Program-made: the position numbers and the translations under genes | Shown here: positions 9,006 to 19,691 of the stretch, one piece after another | Layout: each line of letters opens with the position of its first letter | Numbering within the stretch: position 1 is the stretch's first letter | The notes under the pieces: model-generated | Database searches by the model: none | What the model was told of the DNA's origin: nothing | Seen by the model: only the letters and a program-made list of their open reading frames with translations | Source: an uncultured Thermotogae bacterium | GTDB taxonomy: Bacteria; Bipolaricaulota; Bipolaricaulia; UBA7950; UBA9294 | DNA: 61,953 bases | Direction of reading: 5' to 3' | Assembly (NCBI GenBank): GCA_964554715.1 | Contig: CAZKPU010000002.1 | Coordinates: 1 to 61,953, forward strand

Positions 9006-10463
9006 ATGACTGGACATGAGAAGATTGATACAGAGGTTGTTTTCCGCGAACACCCGTTGGCCGGTGAGATCCTGCGTCGGCTCACCGAGGCAGGACACGA
9101 GGCGTTTCTCGTCGGCGGCGTGGTTCGCGACGGATTGCTCTCTTCATGGGGTGTCCCCGTACAGTATCCGCCTTCGGATGTGGACATCACGACCTCCGCG
9201 ACTCCCGATGAGATCCGGCGGGTCTTCGCCGGGCACAGATTGGTCGATGTGGGCGAACAGTTCGGCGTCCTTGTCGTCCTCGGCAAAGGCAACGAGGGTG
9301 TGGAAGTGGCGACGTTCCGAAGCGAGAACGGCTACGATGGGCGCCGACCGGCCGAGGTTCTCGTGGCAGGAACCCTGGGCGAGGACGTGAGGCGGCGAGA
9401 CCTGACGATCAACGGACTTGCGGCAACCGATGACGGTACGGTGATCGACCATGTAGATGGCATCGAAGATCTCCGGTTGCGGCGGATCCGTGCCATCGGG
9501 GATCCGACGATCCGGTTTGCCGAGGACTACCTGCGGATGCTGCGGGTCGTGCGGTTCGCCTGTCAGATCGAAGGAGAGATCGACCGGGAAACGAGCGAAG
9601 CGGTTCGGAGGCTTTCGCACCGCATCCCTCGGATCGCTTGGGAAAGGATCCAGGTCGAGCTTCTGCGGACCCTGGAGCTTCCGAATTCATCGCGCGGCAT
9701 CGAGTTGCTGGACGATCTCGGATTGCTTGAGCCGATCCTTCCCGAGGTTCATGCTTTGCACGGCGTGCCTCAGCCGGAACAGTATCATCCGGAGGGCGAT
9801 GTCTTTGTGCACACCATGATCGCCTTGAGGGTTGCCGACGGATTCGTTCGAGATCCGATCGTCAAGTTGGCGATCCTTCTTCACGACATCGGGAAACCGC
9901 AAGCGCTCCGGAACCATCACGGAAATCATATGGGAGGACACTGCCTGATCGGAGCGAATATGGCGAGGACGGTCGCCCGGCGTCTGAAACTGACGCGTCG
10001 GGACACACACCGTCTGTCGTTTCTGATCCGGCAGCACATGAGGATCGCGGACTTCCCCCGGATGGGACGGGGACGCCAGGTTCGGTTCCTAGCTGCAGAG
10101 GAGCGGCCGGACGAAACGTCGATTGCGCGGCGATACCCGCTGTTCATGCAACTGCTTCAGGTGCTGATCGCGGATTGTGAGGCATGCGCGCACCGGTCCG
10201 CCGGATGGGCGCCGATCCTTGCCGCCGTCACGGACGTCGCGGAACACGTCGAGCGTGTCGGCAACCTGTCGAAAGCACGTCAGCTCTTCGACGGCCATGA
10301 TCTTCTCGCGATGGGCGTCTCTCCCGGACCTCTGTTCGGGGAAGTGCTCGCCGCCGTACAGGATCGGATCCTTTCCGGAGAGCTCTCAACCTCTGCGCAA
10401 GCTCAAAGCTGGGCCGAGAGTGAGCTGAAGCGCAGAGAGGCCGAGACGGAAACCCTTTCCTGA
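9006..10463 (+). CDS. cca: CCA tRNA nucleotidyltransferase with HD domain
   Basis: VGGVVRD, DVD, EDVRRRDLTIN, RFAEDYLRMLR, HPEGDVFVHT, LLHDIGKP. Confidence 0.92.
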   Translation: MTGHEKIDTEVVFREHPLAGEILRRLTEAGHEAFLVGGVVRDGLLSSWGVPVQYPPSDVDITTSATPDEIRRVFAGHRLVDVGEQFGVLVVLGKGNEGVEVATFRSENGYDGRRPAEVLVAGTLGEDVRRRDLTINGLAATDDGTVIDHVDGIEDLRLRRIRAIGDPTIRFAEDYLRMLRVVRFACQIEGEIDRETSEAVRRLSHRIPRIAWERIQVELLRTLELPNSSRGIELLDDLGLLEPILPEVHALHGVPQPEQYHPEGDVFVHTMIALRVADGFVRDPIVKLAILLHDIGKPQALRNHHGNHMGGHCLIGANMARTVARRLKLTRRDTHRLSFLIRQHMRIADFPRMGRGRQVRFLAAEERPDETSIARRYPLFMQLLQVLIADCEACAHRSAGWAPILAAVTDVAEHVERVGNLSKARQLFDGHDLLAMGVSPGPLFGEVLAAVQDRILSGELSTSAQAQSWAESELKRREAETETLS

Positions 10464-10525
10464 GAGGACATTCGCCCTACGATCGAGCGGCCGTTCCCGC
10501 TAGTCTTCGGTGACGCGATGGGGGA

Positions 10526-12124
10526 ATGGAACGGTTTGACAAGGCACGGGAACGAATCGGTGGTGAGAACGCGATGGGGACGCCGTTACAGATCAGTAAA
10601 GATCTGCAGCTGGATCTAGAAGACATCATCGGCCAGTGTATCGCGATCCTCGGGATCCGCGGGTCGGGCAAATCCAACACAGCCGGCGTGATCTTCGAGG
10701 AGCTTCTGCGGAACAACTATCCGCTGTCGATCATCGACATCGACGGGGAGTATTTCGGACTCAAAGAGAAGTACGAAATCCTTGTCGTGGGAACGGGTGA
10801 AGGCGTGGAGATCGAGGTCGATCCTGGGTGTGCGCGGGAAGTCGCCGAGATCAGTATGGAGAAAAACGTCCCCGTCGTGGTCGATCTCAGCGGATTCCTG
10901 TCGGAGGAACGAACGCAGTTCCTGCAGGAGTACCTGACTGCGCTCTGGGCGCTTGCCGGGAAGCTCCGTCGACCGTACATCATCGGGATCGAAGAAGCGC
11001 ACGAGTTCATCCCGCAGGCGGTGCGCGGTCCGGTCAAGGAGCTGGTGACGCGTGTCGCTCTCCGGGGCCGGAAGCGCGGTCTCGGAGCGATCATCATCTC
11101 ACAGCGCAGCGCGAAGGTGGAGAAGGATGTTCTCAGCCAGGCGGGGATGTTGTTCCTTCACCGGGTGGTGCACGAAGCGGACATGCGGGTCTATAGCGAA
11201 ATCCTCCCATGGAGGAAGACGGAGGTCAAAGAGATCATCACCGGATTGGAGACGGGGGACTGTGTCTTCGTGAACGGCGATTCCGTCCTTCCGATCTACG
11301 TTCGCGAACGAGAGACCTTCCACGCCGGGTTCACTCCTTCTCTGGATGTGGTTGTCACGCCGGAACTACGGCAGGTCAGCCAATCGATCATCGAGGTCCT
11401 CGAGCGGGCCAAGAAGGACGGGAAGGGGAGAAAGTCGGAGATCGACGAACTGCGAGAGCGCGTCGACGAGCTGCAATCGCTGCTCGGCGAGCGAGACGAC
11501 CGGATCGAAGAACTCGAGGAAGTGGCAAGGACTCTCGGCTACATCCGGGTCGAGGTCCAGCCGGTCGATGATCCTGCGCCATCGAGTGGCCGCTGTCGTG
11601 GCTACTTGGAGCAGGCTTCGGCGCCGCAAGAGAGCGTTGCTCGGATCTCCGCTCCGACGGCCGTCGAAGAAGAGATCAACCGGCCGTTGGCGCTTCGACC
11701 TGCGGAAGACGTCATTGATGTGCACATCGATGAACCGGACCCGGAGATCCTCCCCCCCGCAGTTCTACGGCACATCGAGAGGCTTGTGCAGCGGGTTTCC
11801 CGGACGAGCCTCGTCCACCGGCGGATGCTCGCGTTTTCGCTGAGCCATGCGCCGAACACGTACTCCGTGGAACAGATTGCGGCGTGGATCGATTGTGCGG
11901 TCGGGGTCATGCTGGACGAACCGCCACGGCAGTTCGTTGAGATGGGGCTGATCGTTCAAGAACGCCGGGCGGGGTCTCTGTACTACCGTAGTGACCTGAA
12001 TGGATTTGTCAATCGGGAGTTCCGAATTTTCGAACCGGACCTGCGTGCGGGTGACCTGCGAGCGATCGCTTCCGGGCTGAAGACCGGGATCTGTCGCGTA
12101 GGAGCGTTGCCTGACAAATCATAG
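10526..12124 (+). CDS. HerA/FtsK-like (DUF87) ATPase with coiled coil and probable C-terminal winged helix
   Basis: GIRGSGKSNT Walker A, IDIDGEY, IEEAHEF Walker B, GRKRGLG arginine finger, SQR; start 10526 or 10574. Confidence 0.85.
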   Translation: MERFDKARERIGGENAMGTPLQISKDLQLDLEDIIGQCIAILGIRGSGKSNTAGVIFEELLRNNYPLSIIDIDGEYFGLKEKYEILVVGTGEGVEIEVDPGCAREVAEISMEKNVPVVVDLSGFLSEERTQFLQEYLTALWALAGKLRRPYIIGIEEAHEFIPQAVRGPVKELVTRVALRGRKRGLGAIIISQRSAKVEKDVLSQAGMLFLHRVVHEADMRVYSEILPWRKTEVKEIITGLETGDCVFVNGDSVLPIYVRERETFHAGFTPSLDVVVTPELRQVSQSIIEVLERAKKDGKGRKSEIDELRERVDELQSLLGERDDRIEELEEVARTLGYIRVEVQPVDDPAPSSGRCRGYLEQASAPQESVARISAPTAVEEEINRPLALRPAEDVIDVHIDEPDPEILPPAVLRHIERLVQRVSRTSLVHRRMLAFSLSHAPNTYSVEQIAAWIDCAVGVMLDEPPRQFVEMGLIVQERRAGSLYYRSDLNGFVNREFRIFEPDLRAGDLRAIASGLKTGICRVGALPDKS

Positions 12125-12155
12125 ATATACAGCAAATGAAATCAATGATAGCCGT

Positions 12156-12184
12156 TTGACCGCGGAACCGATCTCTGCTACAAT
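12156..12184 (+). promoter_or_regulatory. sigma70-type promoter of hpf with extended -10
   Basis: TTGACC-N17-TACAAT with TG at -15/-14; AT-rich tract upstream (12120-12150). Confidence 0.75.
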
Positions 12185-12216
12185 CCTGTTGGCAAGAGGA
12201 AAAGGAGGCAGAGGTC

Positions 12217-12750
12217 GTGAAGGTCAAAATTGTCGAGCGGCACACATCTTCCAGCGAAGCACTGCGAGCATATGTCATCGAGAAGACCGAAGGGCTCGAA
12301 CGGTATTTCGACGGAATGATCAGCGTGGACGTCGTTCTCTCTGTCGAGAAAGAGCGCCAAATCGCAGATTTTCACGCACACTTGACGAATCGAAAGGTGG
12401 TTGCTGCTCACGAGGTCTCCACGGACATGTATGCCTCGATCGATGGGGCGATCGACAAGCTGCGAAGGCAACTTGTCAAGTACAAGGGCCACCTCCAAGA
12501 GACGCGGGATCGTACCCAGAGTCAACAACGAGAGCCGGCCGACGAAGAGGGGCCCGAGGCTTCGGGGGAGAAAAGCATCATCCGGACGGACACGTACTTC
12601 CGCAAGCCGATGCTCCCTGAAGAAGCGGCGCTGCAACTCGACGCGATCGAGAAGGGGTTCCTTGTTTTCATTAACGCGGAGTCGGATCAGGTGAACATTA
12701 TCTACCATCGAAGGGATGGGAACTACGGATTGATTGAACCGAGACTCTAA
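12217..12750 (+). CDS. hpf: ribosome hibernation promoting factor, long form
   Basis: DMYASIDGAIDKLRRQLVKYK plus C-terminal KPM-PEEA-LQL...YHRRDGNYGLIEP domain. Confidence 0.93.
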   Translation: MKVKIVERHTSSSEALRAYVIEKTEGLERYFDGMISVDVVLSVEKERQIADFHAHLTNRKVVAAHEVSTDMYASIDGAIDKLRRQLVKYKGHLQETRDRTQSQQREPADEEGPEASGEKSIIRTDTYFRKPMLPEEAALQLDAIEKGFLVFINAESDQVNIIYHRRDGNYGLIEPRL

Positions 12751-12753
12751 GTC

Positions 12754-13803
12754 GTGAACGGAACAACGGATCATGGCGTGAGGGTGTTGTCCCTGTTCTC
12801 GGGGAGCCTGGCCAGTCAAGTGGCCACGGAGCTTGTCGCCCGCCTTCCTGAAGTCGAAGAGGTCTGCCTTCTTCACTTTCGCGGTCCGCTGTTCGAGGAA
12901 CTGGACCACTTTCGCGAAACGCTCAAACTGGATTGGGCGAACATGAAGTACCGGACCCAATCGTTGAAGCGTGAAGTGCGGCAGTTGGTCAGCAGTCCCG
13001 CAGGAGAGGCGTTTTCGATTGCGCGCACGTGTTTCAACTGTCGCAGCCTGTTGTTGGCGCGCGGTGTGCGATACATGGAAAGGATCGGGGCGCAGTTCCT
13101 TGTGACCGGTGAACTGGCCGGCGAGCATGACCTATCGGCGGCGGATCTTGCACAAATCACCGAACGTCTTGGCGCCTCCGGGCGAGTCTTTCGTCCGTTC
13201 TCGGCGAAGCTTCTCCCTCCGCTGGACGCTGATGTTCAGCGGATCATCGGCGGAAATACCTCATTTGCCTGGACAAGCGATGATGGCGAATCTCTGGATT
13301 CGCTGGCCCGTGAGATGGGGATCTTCCCGGCGAACAACGCGCCTTGCCGAACCCGCTGCAAGCTGATGCGTCCGGGGTTCGGCGAGCGGCTGACCCACCT
13401 CTTCCGTGAGGAAGGGTTCACTCTCAACGGACTCAAGCTTCTGGACTTCGACCTGTACTATAAGCTGCCTCCGGACGTGAAGATCGTGCTCGCTGTGTCC
13501 GAGGATGAGAAGCGTGCGCTTCAGAACCTTTTCTTCCCCAACGACCTGCGGGTTTACCTCGCGTCATGCAAGGGACCGATGGCGCTTGTTCGAACGCCAT
13601 GGACGCAGAAGCCGGAGGATGAGGTCGCACGGATCATCGAGGTGGCGGCGAGAATCACGGCCACGCACGGGGACATCGGACAGCGCGCATCCGTTGTTGC
13701 GAAATACCGCTTCGAGAACGAGGACGAAACATCGCAGCTCACCGTGCAACCGTTCGAAACGCCCGACGAGATCGCAGCCCATTGCGTGGGCGTTCAGATC
13801 TGA
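12754..13803 (+). CDS. ThiI/MnmA-like PP-loop family protein with degenerate motifs
   Basis: LSLFSGSLAS (cf. SGGLDS), CFNC, AQFLVTGEL, VFRPFSAKLLPP, and a DUF814-like C-terminal RITATHGD segment. Confidence 0.7.
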   Translation: MNGTTDHGVRVLSLFSGSLASQVATELVARLPEVEEVCLLHFRGPLFEELDHFRETLKLDWANMKYRTQSLKREVRQLVSSPAGEAFSIARTCFNCRSLLLARGVRYMERIGAQFLVTGELAGEHDLSAADLAQITERLGASGRVFRPFSAKLLPPLDADVQRIIGGNTSFAWTSDDGESLDSLAREMGIFPANNAPCRTRCKLMRPGFGERLTHLFREEGFTLNGLKLLDFDLYYKLPPDVKIVLAVSEDEKRALQNLFFPNDLRVYLASCKGPMALVRTPWTQKPEDEVARIIEVAARITATHGDIGQRASVVAKYRFENEDETSQLTVQPFETPDEIAAHCVGVQI

Positions 13804-13826
13804 GCGGTGGGCGTACACGTCGCGGG

Positions 13827-13855
13827 TTGAGCAGCGCTTGCCGAGGATGTACACT
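13827..13855 (+). promoter_or_regulatory. putative promoter for FmdB-rpoC
   Basis: TTGAGC-N17-TACACT. Confidence 0.55.
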
Positions 13856-13959
13856 TTGTACGAATCGGAATGGCGGGGCGTTGAAGCATCGTTGGGTGCT
13901 CCACTTCCCAGAGCAGAGGATTTTACGCAGAATCCCTTGTTGTTCATCCAGGGGAGGCT

Positions 13960-14160
13960 ATGCCTTTTTATCGGTACGAGTGCGATGGGTGTGGAGCTTC
14001 ATTCAAGGTTCTACAGCAGAACGGCGATCAACCGGTTGTGACGTGCCCTGAATGCGGACAGAAGGCGTGCCGCAGGCTCCTGCCGCGTGTCGGTGTGATC
14101 TACAAGGGCGGAGGATATTACACAACGGATCGCCGCAACGGCAAGCGAACCGGAACATGA
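13960..14160 (+). CDS. FmdB-family zinc-ribbon protein
   Basis: MPFYRYECDGCG...CPECG...IYKGGGYYTTD; SD GGGAGG. Confidence 0.88.
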   Translation: MPFYRYECDGCGASFKVLQQNGDQPVVTCPECGQKACRRLLPRVGVIYKGGGYYTTDRRNGKRTGT

Positions 14161-14298
14161 CCGGGCAAACATCCCATATCGACAAGATGAAAGATTGTAT
14201 CCCAGGCAAGACGGTGGCAGCGATGAAACAGGATACGGCGCTGGGAATTGCCGTGAGCGGGGAATCCGCTGTTCGGCGCAAGAGTGAGGGAGGATCGA

Positions 14299-17200
14299 TT
14301 GATTTCCGGGGATGACATCAAGCGCGTCAAGCTGCAGTTGGCTTCGCCATCGGTGATGATCGGCTGGTCACACGGCGAAATCACCGAATCCGAGACGATC
14401 AACTACCGGACTCATCGAGCCGAACGGGGCGGCCTCTATGCAGAGGAGATCTTCGGCCCCGACAACGACTACGAGTGCGCATGCGGGAAGTACAAGGGCA
14501 AGAAGTACGAAGGGATTACGTGTGAGAAGTGCCATGTTCTTGTCACGGATTCCTCGGTGCGGCGGGTCAACATGGCTCACATCTCTCTTGCCAGTCCTGT
14601 GGTCCATTTCTGGTTCCTGAAAGGCGTTTCGAGCCTTCTCAGCCGACTGCTGGGCATGAAGAAGCGGGAACTCCATCGGATCGCCTACTACGAAACGGAG
14701 CCGATCGAGGAGAGCGTATGGATCGTCACGTCCTCGGAGAGCAAAGAGGTCCGTGTCGGCGAAATGCTCTATGGCACCGAAGTCGATGTACTGACAAAGG
14801 CGTTCACATTTGAGGTCGAGCAGGCGTATTTCGTCTCGGACGCTCCCCGCGTTGTCGCGGAAGAAGCCGGACGGGTGACGCTCGAAGAGCGCAAGCTCAC
14901 CAGCGGCGAACCGGTGCGGACGGTGGTCATCGGATCTCAGGAGTACCCGATCGTCGGAGACGTCCAGTTGTTGATCGAGGACGGCGATGAGGCGGAACAA
15001 GGCGCTGTGATCGCGGAGCGCTGTGCCGGCGATGTCTGTGCGAAAACGGCGTTCGATATGTTGGTCGACCGGTATGGCGAGGGGGTCGAGGGAGAAGTGC
15101 TCGATCGGGAGATCCTTGACACGCTTGTGTTTCTCGTGACGCGCATCAAGAACCCCGAGGTGCCTCTGAAACCCGGTGAGACGCTCACCTACTTATCGAA
15201 GCGAGCCTACGAGCGCGTGTACCCCGACGGCTTCGTCGCGATGACAGGAGCCGGTGGACTGAAAGGGCTGCTTGAGGTCCTTGATCTCGACGATCTTCAC
15301 GAGGAACTCACCGAGCGGATCCGTACCGAAACGGCAGAGGGCAATCGCCGCCGACACATCAAGCGACTTGAAGTGGTCGATCAGCTACGGGATTCGGGCA
15401 ACAACCCGTCGGACATGATCCTTGACGTCATTCCGGTCCTTCCGCCGGCGCTTCGCCCGATGATCCAGCTCGAAGGCGGCAAATTTGCCACGACCGATCT
15501 GAACGATCTGTACCGCCGGATCATCAACCGCAACAACCGTCTCAAGAAGCTCATCGACATGGGAGCCCCGGAAGTCATCCTCCGAAACGAGCGTCGGATG
15601 CTTCAGGAGGCGGTCGATGCCCTCATCCATAACGAGAAGAAAGAGAACCCGATCCGCGGACGTGATAACCGGCCGCTGAAGTCGATGTCCGAGCGGATCC
15701 ACGGGAAACACGGACGTCTGAGGCGGAATCTTCTCGGCCGTCGCGTGGACTACTCGGGGCGTGCCGTCATCGTGGTCGACCCGAAGTTGAAGCTCTCCCA
15801 GTGCGGAATTCCGAAAAAGATGGCGCTGGAGCTGTTCAAGCCGTTCATCCTTCATCATCTCGAGACGACGACGTTCTCGGATTTCGATGAGATCAAGAAC
15901 CGTGCGATGCGCGGGGAGATGTCGGAGGTTTGGGACATCCTCGAGAAACTGATCAAGGATCATCCGGTTCTGTTGAATCGGGCGCCCACATTGCACCGGC
16001 TGTCGATGCAAGCGTTCGAGCCTGTTCTTGTTGATGGAGAAGCGATCCACATCCATCCCTTGGTGTGTCCGCCGTACAACGCGGACTTCGATGGCGATCA
16101 AATGGCGGTCCATCTGCCGCTTTCCGAGGAGGCGATCCGTGAGGCGCGTGAGCTGATGGCGGCTCCCCGCAATATCCTTTCGCCGTCCAGCGGCGAGCCT
16201 CTGAGTCTTCCGACGCAGGATCCGATCTACGCCTACTACTACCTGACCCTTCTCGATGAGACGGGGAACGGGGCCGGCATGGCATTCCGCGATCTTGACG
16301 AGGCACTTCGAGCTCATGAAGAAGGGGTGTTGGACCTTCACAGCCCGATCCGGATCCGGATGGACGGGGAGATTGTCGAGACGACGCTCGGACGAGCGGA
16401 ACTGAACGCTGTTGTTCCGAAAGAGATTCGTGACTACAACAAGGTGATGGACCGGCGTGCGATCCGGCGGTTGGTCATGGAATGTCATAGCCAGTTTGGC
16501 TGGGCCCGTGCTTCGGAGTTGCTGGACAGCTTGAAGGACCTCGGCTTCCGCTACGCGACGCAATCCGGACTCACGATTTCGATCAAGGACTGTTTGATCC
16601 CTCCGAGCAAGGAAGAAATCATTCGTGGCTCGTACTCGGCCGTACAGCGGATCAATCGTCTGTACGACATGGGGTTGGCGACAGAGAAACAGCGGCAGGA
16701 AGCGGTCATCCGGATCTGGCGGAAGACCGTCGATGAAGTCGAGGACGAGACGATGGCGAACCTCCGTACCGACCCGTACAACCCCGTGTTCGGGATGGTC
16801 AATTCGGGTGCACGAGGCGGGCCGGACCAGGTGAAGCAGTTGTGCGGGATGCGAGGGCCGATGGCAGGGCCGTCAGGAGAGATCATCGAGATGCCGGTCA
16901 TCTCGAACTTCCGTGAAGGCCTAGACATGATGGAGTACTTCATCTCGACACACGGAGGACGAAAGGGAGCCGCAGATACGGCGCTGAAGACGGCGGACTC
17001 AGGGTACCTTACCCGCCGCTTGGTCGATGCATCCTCCGACACCATCGCTCGGGAGATGGATTGCGGAACGACACAGGGTATCGAGATCGATCCGTTGAGG
17101 TACGGGAAGAACGACATCATGGAGACGATCGAGGAGCGGATCTACGGTCGTGTCACCAGTCGACCCGTGTTCCATCCCGAGTCCGGTGAAATGCTTGTCG

Positions 17201-19266
17201 AGGCGAATCAGTGGATTACCCGAGATCTGGCTCGACTGATCGGAACCCTGGAAGTCGAGCTTCCGGTGGGTTCGGGAAAGAAGGCGGAACGCCTGCTCGG
17301 AACGAAGAGCGTCGTCGATGTGCGTGATCCCGAAAGCAACCGGGTCCTGGTACAAGCTGATGAGGTGCTGACCACCCGTCTGATCAACATGCTCCGCGAG
17401 GCGAAGGTCGGTTCGATCCTCATTCGACCGCAGATTCTCATCCGCTCGCCGATGACATGCGAGACGGTGAACGGTGTCTGTCAGCTGTGCTACGGGTACG
17501 ATCTGAGCCAGCACAAGCCTGTCGAGCTTGGAACCGCTGTCGGTGTCATCGCGGCGCAATCGGTCGGCGAACCGGGAACCCAGTTGACGATGAGAACGTT
17601 CCATACCGGAGGGGTCGCCGGTGAAGACATCACCCAAGGGCTTCCGCGAGCGGAAGAGCTGTTCGAGGCACGAAAAACCATCAAGAGCGGTCAGGCGGGA
17701 ATCGCCCCGATCGACGGGCACGTTGCCGGTGTGACGCCGCTGGCGAGCGGATTGGACGAGGTGGAGATTGTCGGGGAACTGAGGGTCCTTCGACTGCCTT
17801 CGCAGATTGTGCAAGCGGAGGTCGATACGGATATGACGGTCGACGAACTCGTCAATGCGTCCAGCCCGTGCGCCGGAGAAGCGTACCTGCTCGGCTCGGG
17901 TGCAGACCGGGAGCTTCTCATTCTGGATGGAGCCGGTGGCGATCGCACCTATCGGTTGCCGTCGGGCGCGATCCCCAATGTCAAGGACGGCGATCGCGTA
18001 GAGGCGAATGAAGCGATTACGGAGCGGTTCCACGTGGAAGCCGTGGTTGCCGGCCGTGGTGGAACCATAGCCGTTCCGGAAGACAAAGAACGGGTGTTCC
18101 AGCTGGTGACAAGTGAAGGCGATGTCGAGGAATACGAGATCGCCTTCGGCGCACGGATGATGGTCGAGCCGGGTGACAAGGTGGCTCGCGGGGATCAGCT
18201 TACGTCTCGTTCGAAACCGATCTTCATCGCTGCGGAGGCTGATGGAACCGTCGTGGTGCTCGAGGATCGGATCGTCGTGTACAACCCGGATGGGCGTGGG
18301 ATGCGGGTTCCGCTCACATCGGATATCGCGCCTCTCAAGGCGTATGGAGATCCGGTCCGGGAAGGAGAACGGGTGCTCCGCTTGGAGATTCCGAACACGG
18401 ACACTGTGCGGGTCGAATCGATCGAAGATGATGGGACGATGGCCCAGGTAGCGATCCGTCCGAAGAGCGTTGTCGAGATCGATATGATGGCGACGGTCCG
18501 TGCCGGCGACAAGGTGAGCGAGGGGGATCTGTTGACCAAGGGGGTTGTATCACCCCACTCCCTGCTGGACCTCGCCGGTGTCATGAAGACCAGGGACTAT
18601 CTGATTACGGAGATCCACAAGGTGTATAAGGCGCAGGGTGTGGATATCAATGACAAGCATCTTGAGGTGATCATCCGGCAGATTTTGAACAACGTCAGGG
18701 TCACCGATCGGGGGGATTCGTGCTTCTTGATCGGCGACCTGGTCATGCTTGAGGAATTCCGCGCCGAAACCAACCGGCTCCTACAGTGGAATCAAGACGC
18801 GGTCCGGTTGCGTCAGGAATCGATCGGTCTGTCGCTTGCCGAAGACGTTGCCGTAGGCGGACGTTTGCTGGCTGCCGCCGGCGATCCGTTGACGCCAGAG
18901 GTTTTGTCGAAGGCGGAACGAGAGGACGTGAAGCTGATCCGAGTGGCGCGTGACGAAGCGGTGATCGAGGTTCCGTTGGTGGAGAAGATGCTTCCTACCG
19001 GTGAGCGAGAGCTGCTTCGGATCTCGCGGGCGGCGCTTCAGACCAAGGGATGGCTTTCCGCAGCGTCGTTCCAACGGACGACGAAGGTCCTTGCCGAGGC
19101 TTCGCTCCGTGGCGAGGTGGATGATCTTCAAGGGTTGAAGCCGAGTATCATTGTCGGGAAGAGGATTCCTGCCGGTACTGGGTTCAAGCACCCGGTGGCG
19201 ACGGATGCTTTGGGAGAAGACGACGATAGGGTCAGTGACGTTGAACGCGAATCTGATGCGGCTTGA
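14299..19266 (+). CDS. rpoC: DNA-directed RNA polymerase subunit beta' with large lineage-specific insertions
   Basis: NADFDGD catalytic motif, CACGK/CEKC zinc finger, [11 protein letters not shown] trigger loop, IPAGTG end; TTG start 5 nt after GGAGG. Confidence 0.98.
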   Translation: MISGDDIKRVKLQLASPSVMIGWSHGEITESETINYRTHRAERGGLYAEEIFGPDNDYECACGKYKGKKYEGITCEKCHVLVTDSSVRRVNMAHISLASPVVHFWFLKGVSSLLSRLLGMKKRELHRIAYYETEPIEESVWIVTSSESKEVRVGEMLYGTEVDVLTKAFTFEVEQAYFVSDAPRVVAEEAGRVTLEERKLTSGEPVRTVVIGSQEYPIVGDVQLLIEDGDEAEQGAVIAERCAGDVCAKTAFDMLVDRYGEGVEGEVLDREILDTLVFLVTRIKNPEVPLKPGETLTYLSKRAYERVYPDGFVAMTGAGGLKGLLEVLDLDDLHEELTERIRTETAEGNRRRHIKRLEVVDQLRDSGNNPSDMILDVIPVLPPALRPMIQLEGGKFATTDLNDLYRRIINRNNRLKKLIDMGAPEVILRNERRMLQEAVDALIHNEKKENPIRGRDNRPLKSMSERIHGKHGRLRRNLLGRRVDYSGRAVIVVDPKLKLSQCGIPKKMALELFKPFILHHLETTTFSDFDEIKNRAMRGEMSEVWDILEKLIKDHPVLLNRAPTLHRLSMQAFEPVLVDGEAIHIHPLVCPPYNADFDGDQMAVHLPLSEEAIREARELMAAPRNILSPSSGEPLSLPTQDPIYAYYYLTLLDETGNGAGMAFRDLDEALRAHEEGVLDLHSPIRIRMDGEIVETTLGRAELNAVVPKEIRDYNKVMDRRAIRRLVMECHSQFGWARASELLDSLKDLGFRYATQSGLTISIKDCLIPPSKEEIIRGSYSAVQRINRLYDMGLATEKQRQEAVIRIWRKTVDEVEDETMANLRTDPYNPVFGMVNSGARGGPDQVKQLCGMRGPMAGPSGEIIEMPVISNFREGLDMMEYFISTHGGRKGAADTALKTADSGYLTRRLVDASSDTIAREMDCGTTQGIEIDPLRYGKNDIMETIEERIYGRVTSRPVFHPESGEMLVEANQWITRDLARLIGTLEVELPVGSGKKAERLLGTKSVVDVRDPESNRVLVQADEVLTTRLINMLREAKVGSILIRPQILIRSPMTCETVNGVCQLCYGYDLSQHKPVELGTAVGVIAAQSVGEPGTQLTMRTFHTGGVAGEDITQGLPRAEELFEARKTIKSGQAGIAPIDGHVAGVTPLASGLDEVEIVGELRVLRLPSQIVQAEVDTDMTVDELVNASSPCAGEAYLLGSGADRELLILDGAGGDRTYRLPSGAIPNVKDGDRVEANEAITERFHVEAVVAGRGGTIAVPEDKERVFQLVTSEGDVEEYEIAFGARMMVEPGDKVARGDQLTSRSKPIFIAAEADGTVVVLEDRIVVYNPDGRGMRVPLTSDIAPLKAYGDPVREGERVLRLEIPNTDTVRVESIEDDGTMAQVAIRPKSVVEIDMMATVRAGDKVSEGDLLTKGVVSPHSLLDLAGVMKTRDYLITEIHKVYKAQGVDINDKHLEVIIRQILNNVRVTDRGDSCFLIGDLVMLEEFRAETNRLLQWNQDAVRLRQESIGLSLAEDVAVGGRLLAAAGDPLTPEVLSKAEREDVKLIRVARDEAVIEVPLVEKMLPTGERELLRISRAALQTKGWLSAASFQRTTKVLAEASLRGEVDDLQGLKPSIIVGKRIPAGTGFKHPVATDALGEDDDRVSDVERESDAA

Positions 19267-19291
19267 CAGGTTTTTCGCCCCTTCCTATAAT
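19263..19291 (+). promoter_or_regulatory. perfect-consensus sigma70 promoter of the rpsL superoperon
   Basis: TTGACA(19263-68)-N17-TATAAT(19286-91); the -35 box contains the rpoC TGA. Confidence 0.9.
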
Positions 19292-19314
19292 CCGCGTCGA
19301 GTTTGAGGAGGAAC

Positions 19315-19686
19315 ATGCCGACGATTAACCAGTTGGTGCGGTTGGGCCGTAAGCCCAAGGCAAAGAAGTCGAAAGCCCCGGCACTTGTGTCATGCCCGCA
19401 GCGGCGTGGCGTGTGCACGCGTGTTTACACGCGCACGCCCAAGAAGCCGAATTCGGCGCTACGAAAGGTCGCACGTGTGCGGCTGAGCAACGGCAAGGAA
19501 GTCACTGCGTACATCGGTGGAGAAGGACACAACCTGCAGGAGCATTCGATGGTCCTGGTTCGCGGAGGACGTGTGAAGGACCTCCCAGGTGTCCGCTACC
19601 ATATCGTGCGTGGAACGATGGATTCTGAGGGCGTCGACGGCCGACAGCAAGGGCGCTCGAAGTACGGAACCAAGAAGAGCGGCTAG
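19315..19686 (+). CDS. rpsL: 30S ribosomal protein S12
   Basis: [30 protein letters not shown]. Confidence 0.99.
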   Translation: MPTINQLVRLGRKPKAKKSKAPALVSCPQRRGVCTRVYTRTPKKPNSALRKVARVRLSNGKEVTAYIGGEGHNLQEHSMVLVRGGRVKDLPGVRYHIVRGTMDSEGVDGRQQGRSKYGTKKSG

Positions 19687-19691
19687 GAGGA

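Noticed and set aside
14700-18950. Inteins as the explanation for the long RpoC
   Set aside because: The insertions lack the N-terminal Cys/Ser block, the His-Asn C-terminus and LAGLIDADG motifs; they look like SBHM/BBM modules.
19315-19686. Streptomycin-resistance substitutions in S12
   Set aside because: PKKPNSA and RVKDLPG are wild type.
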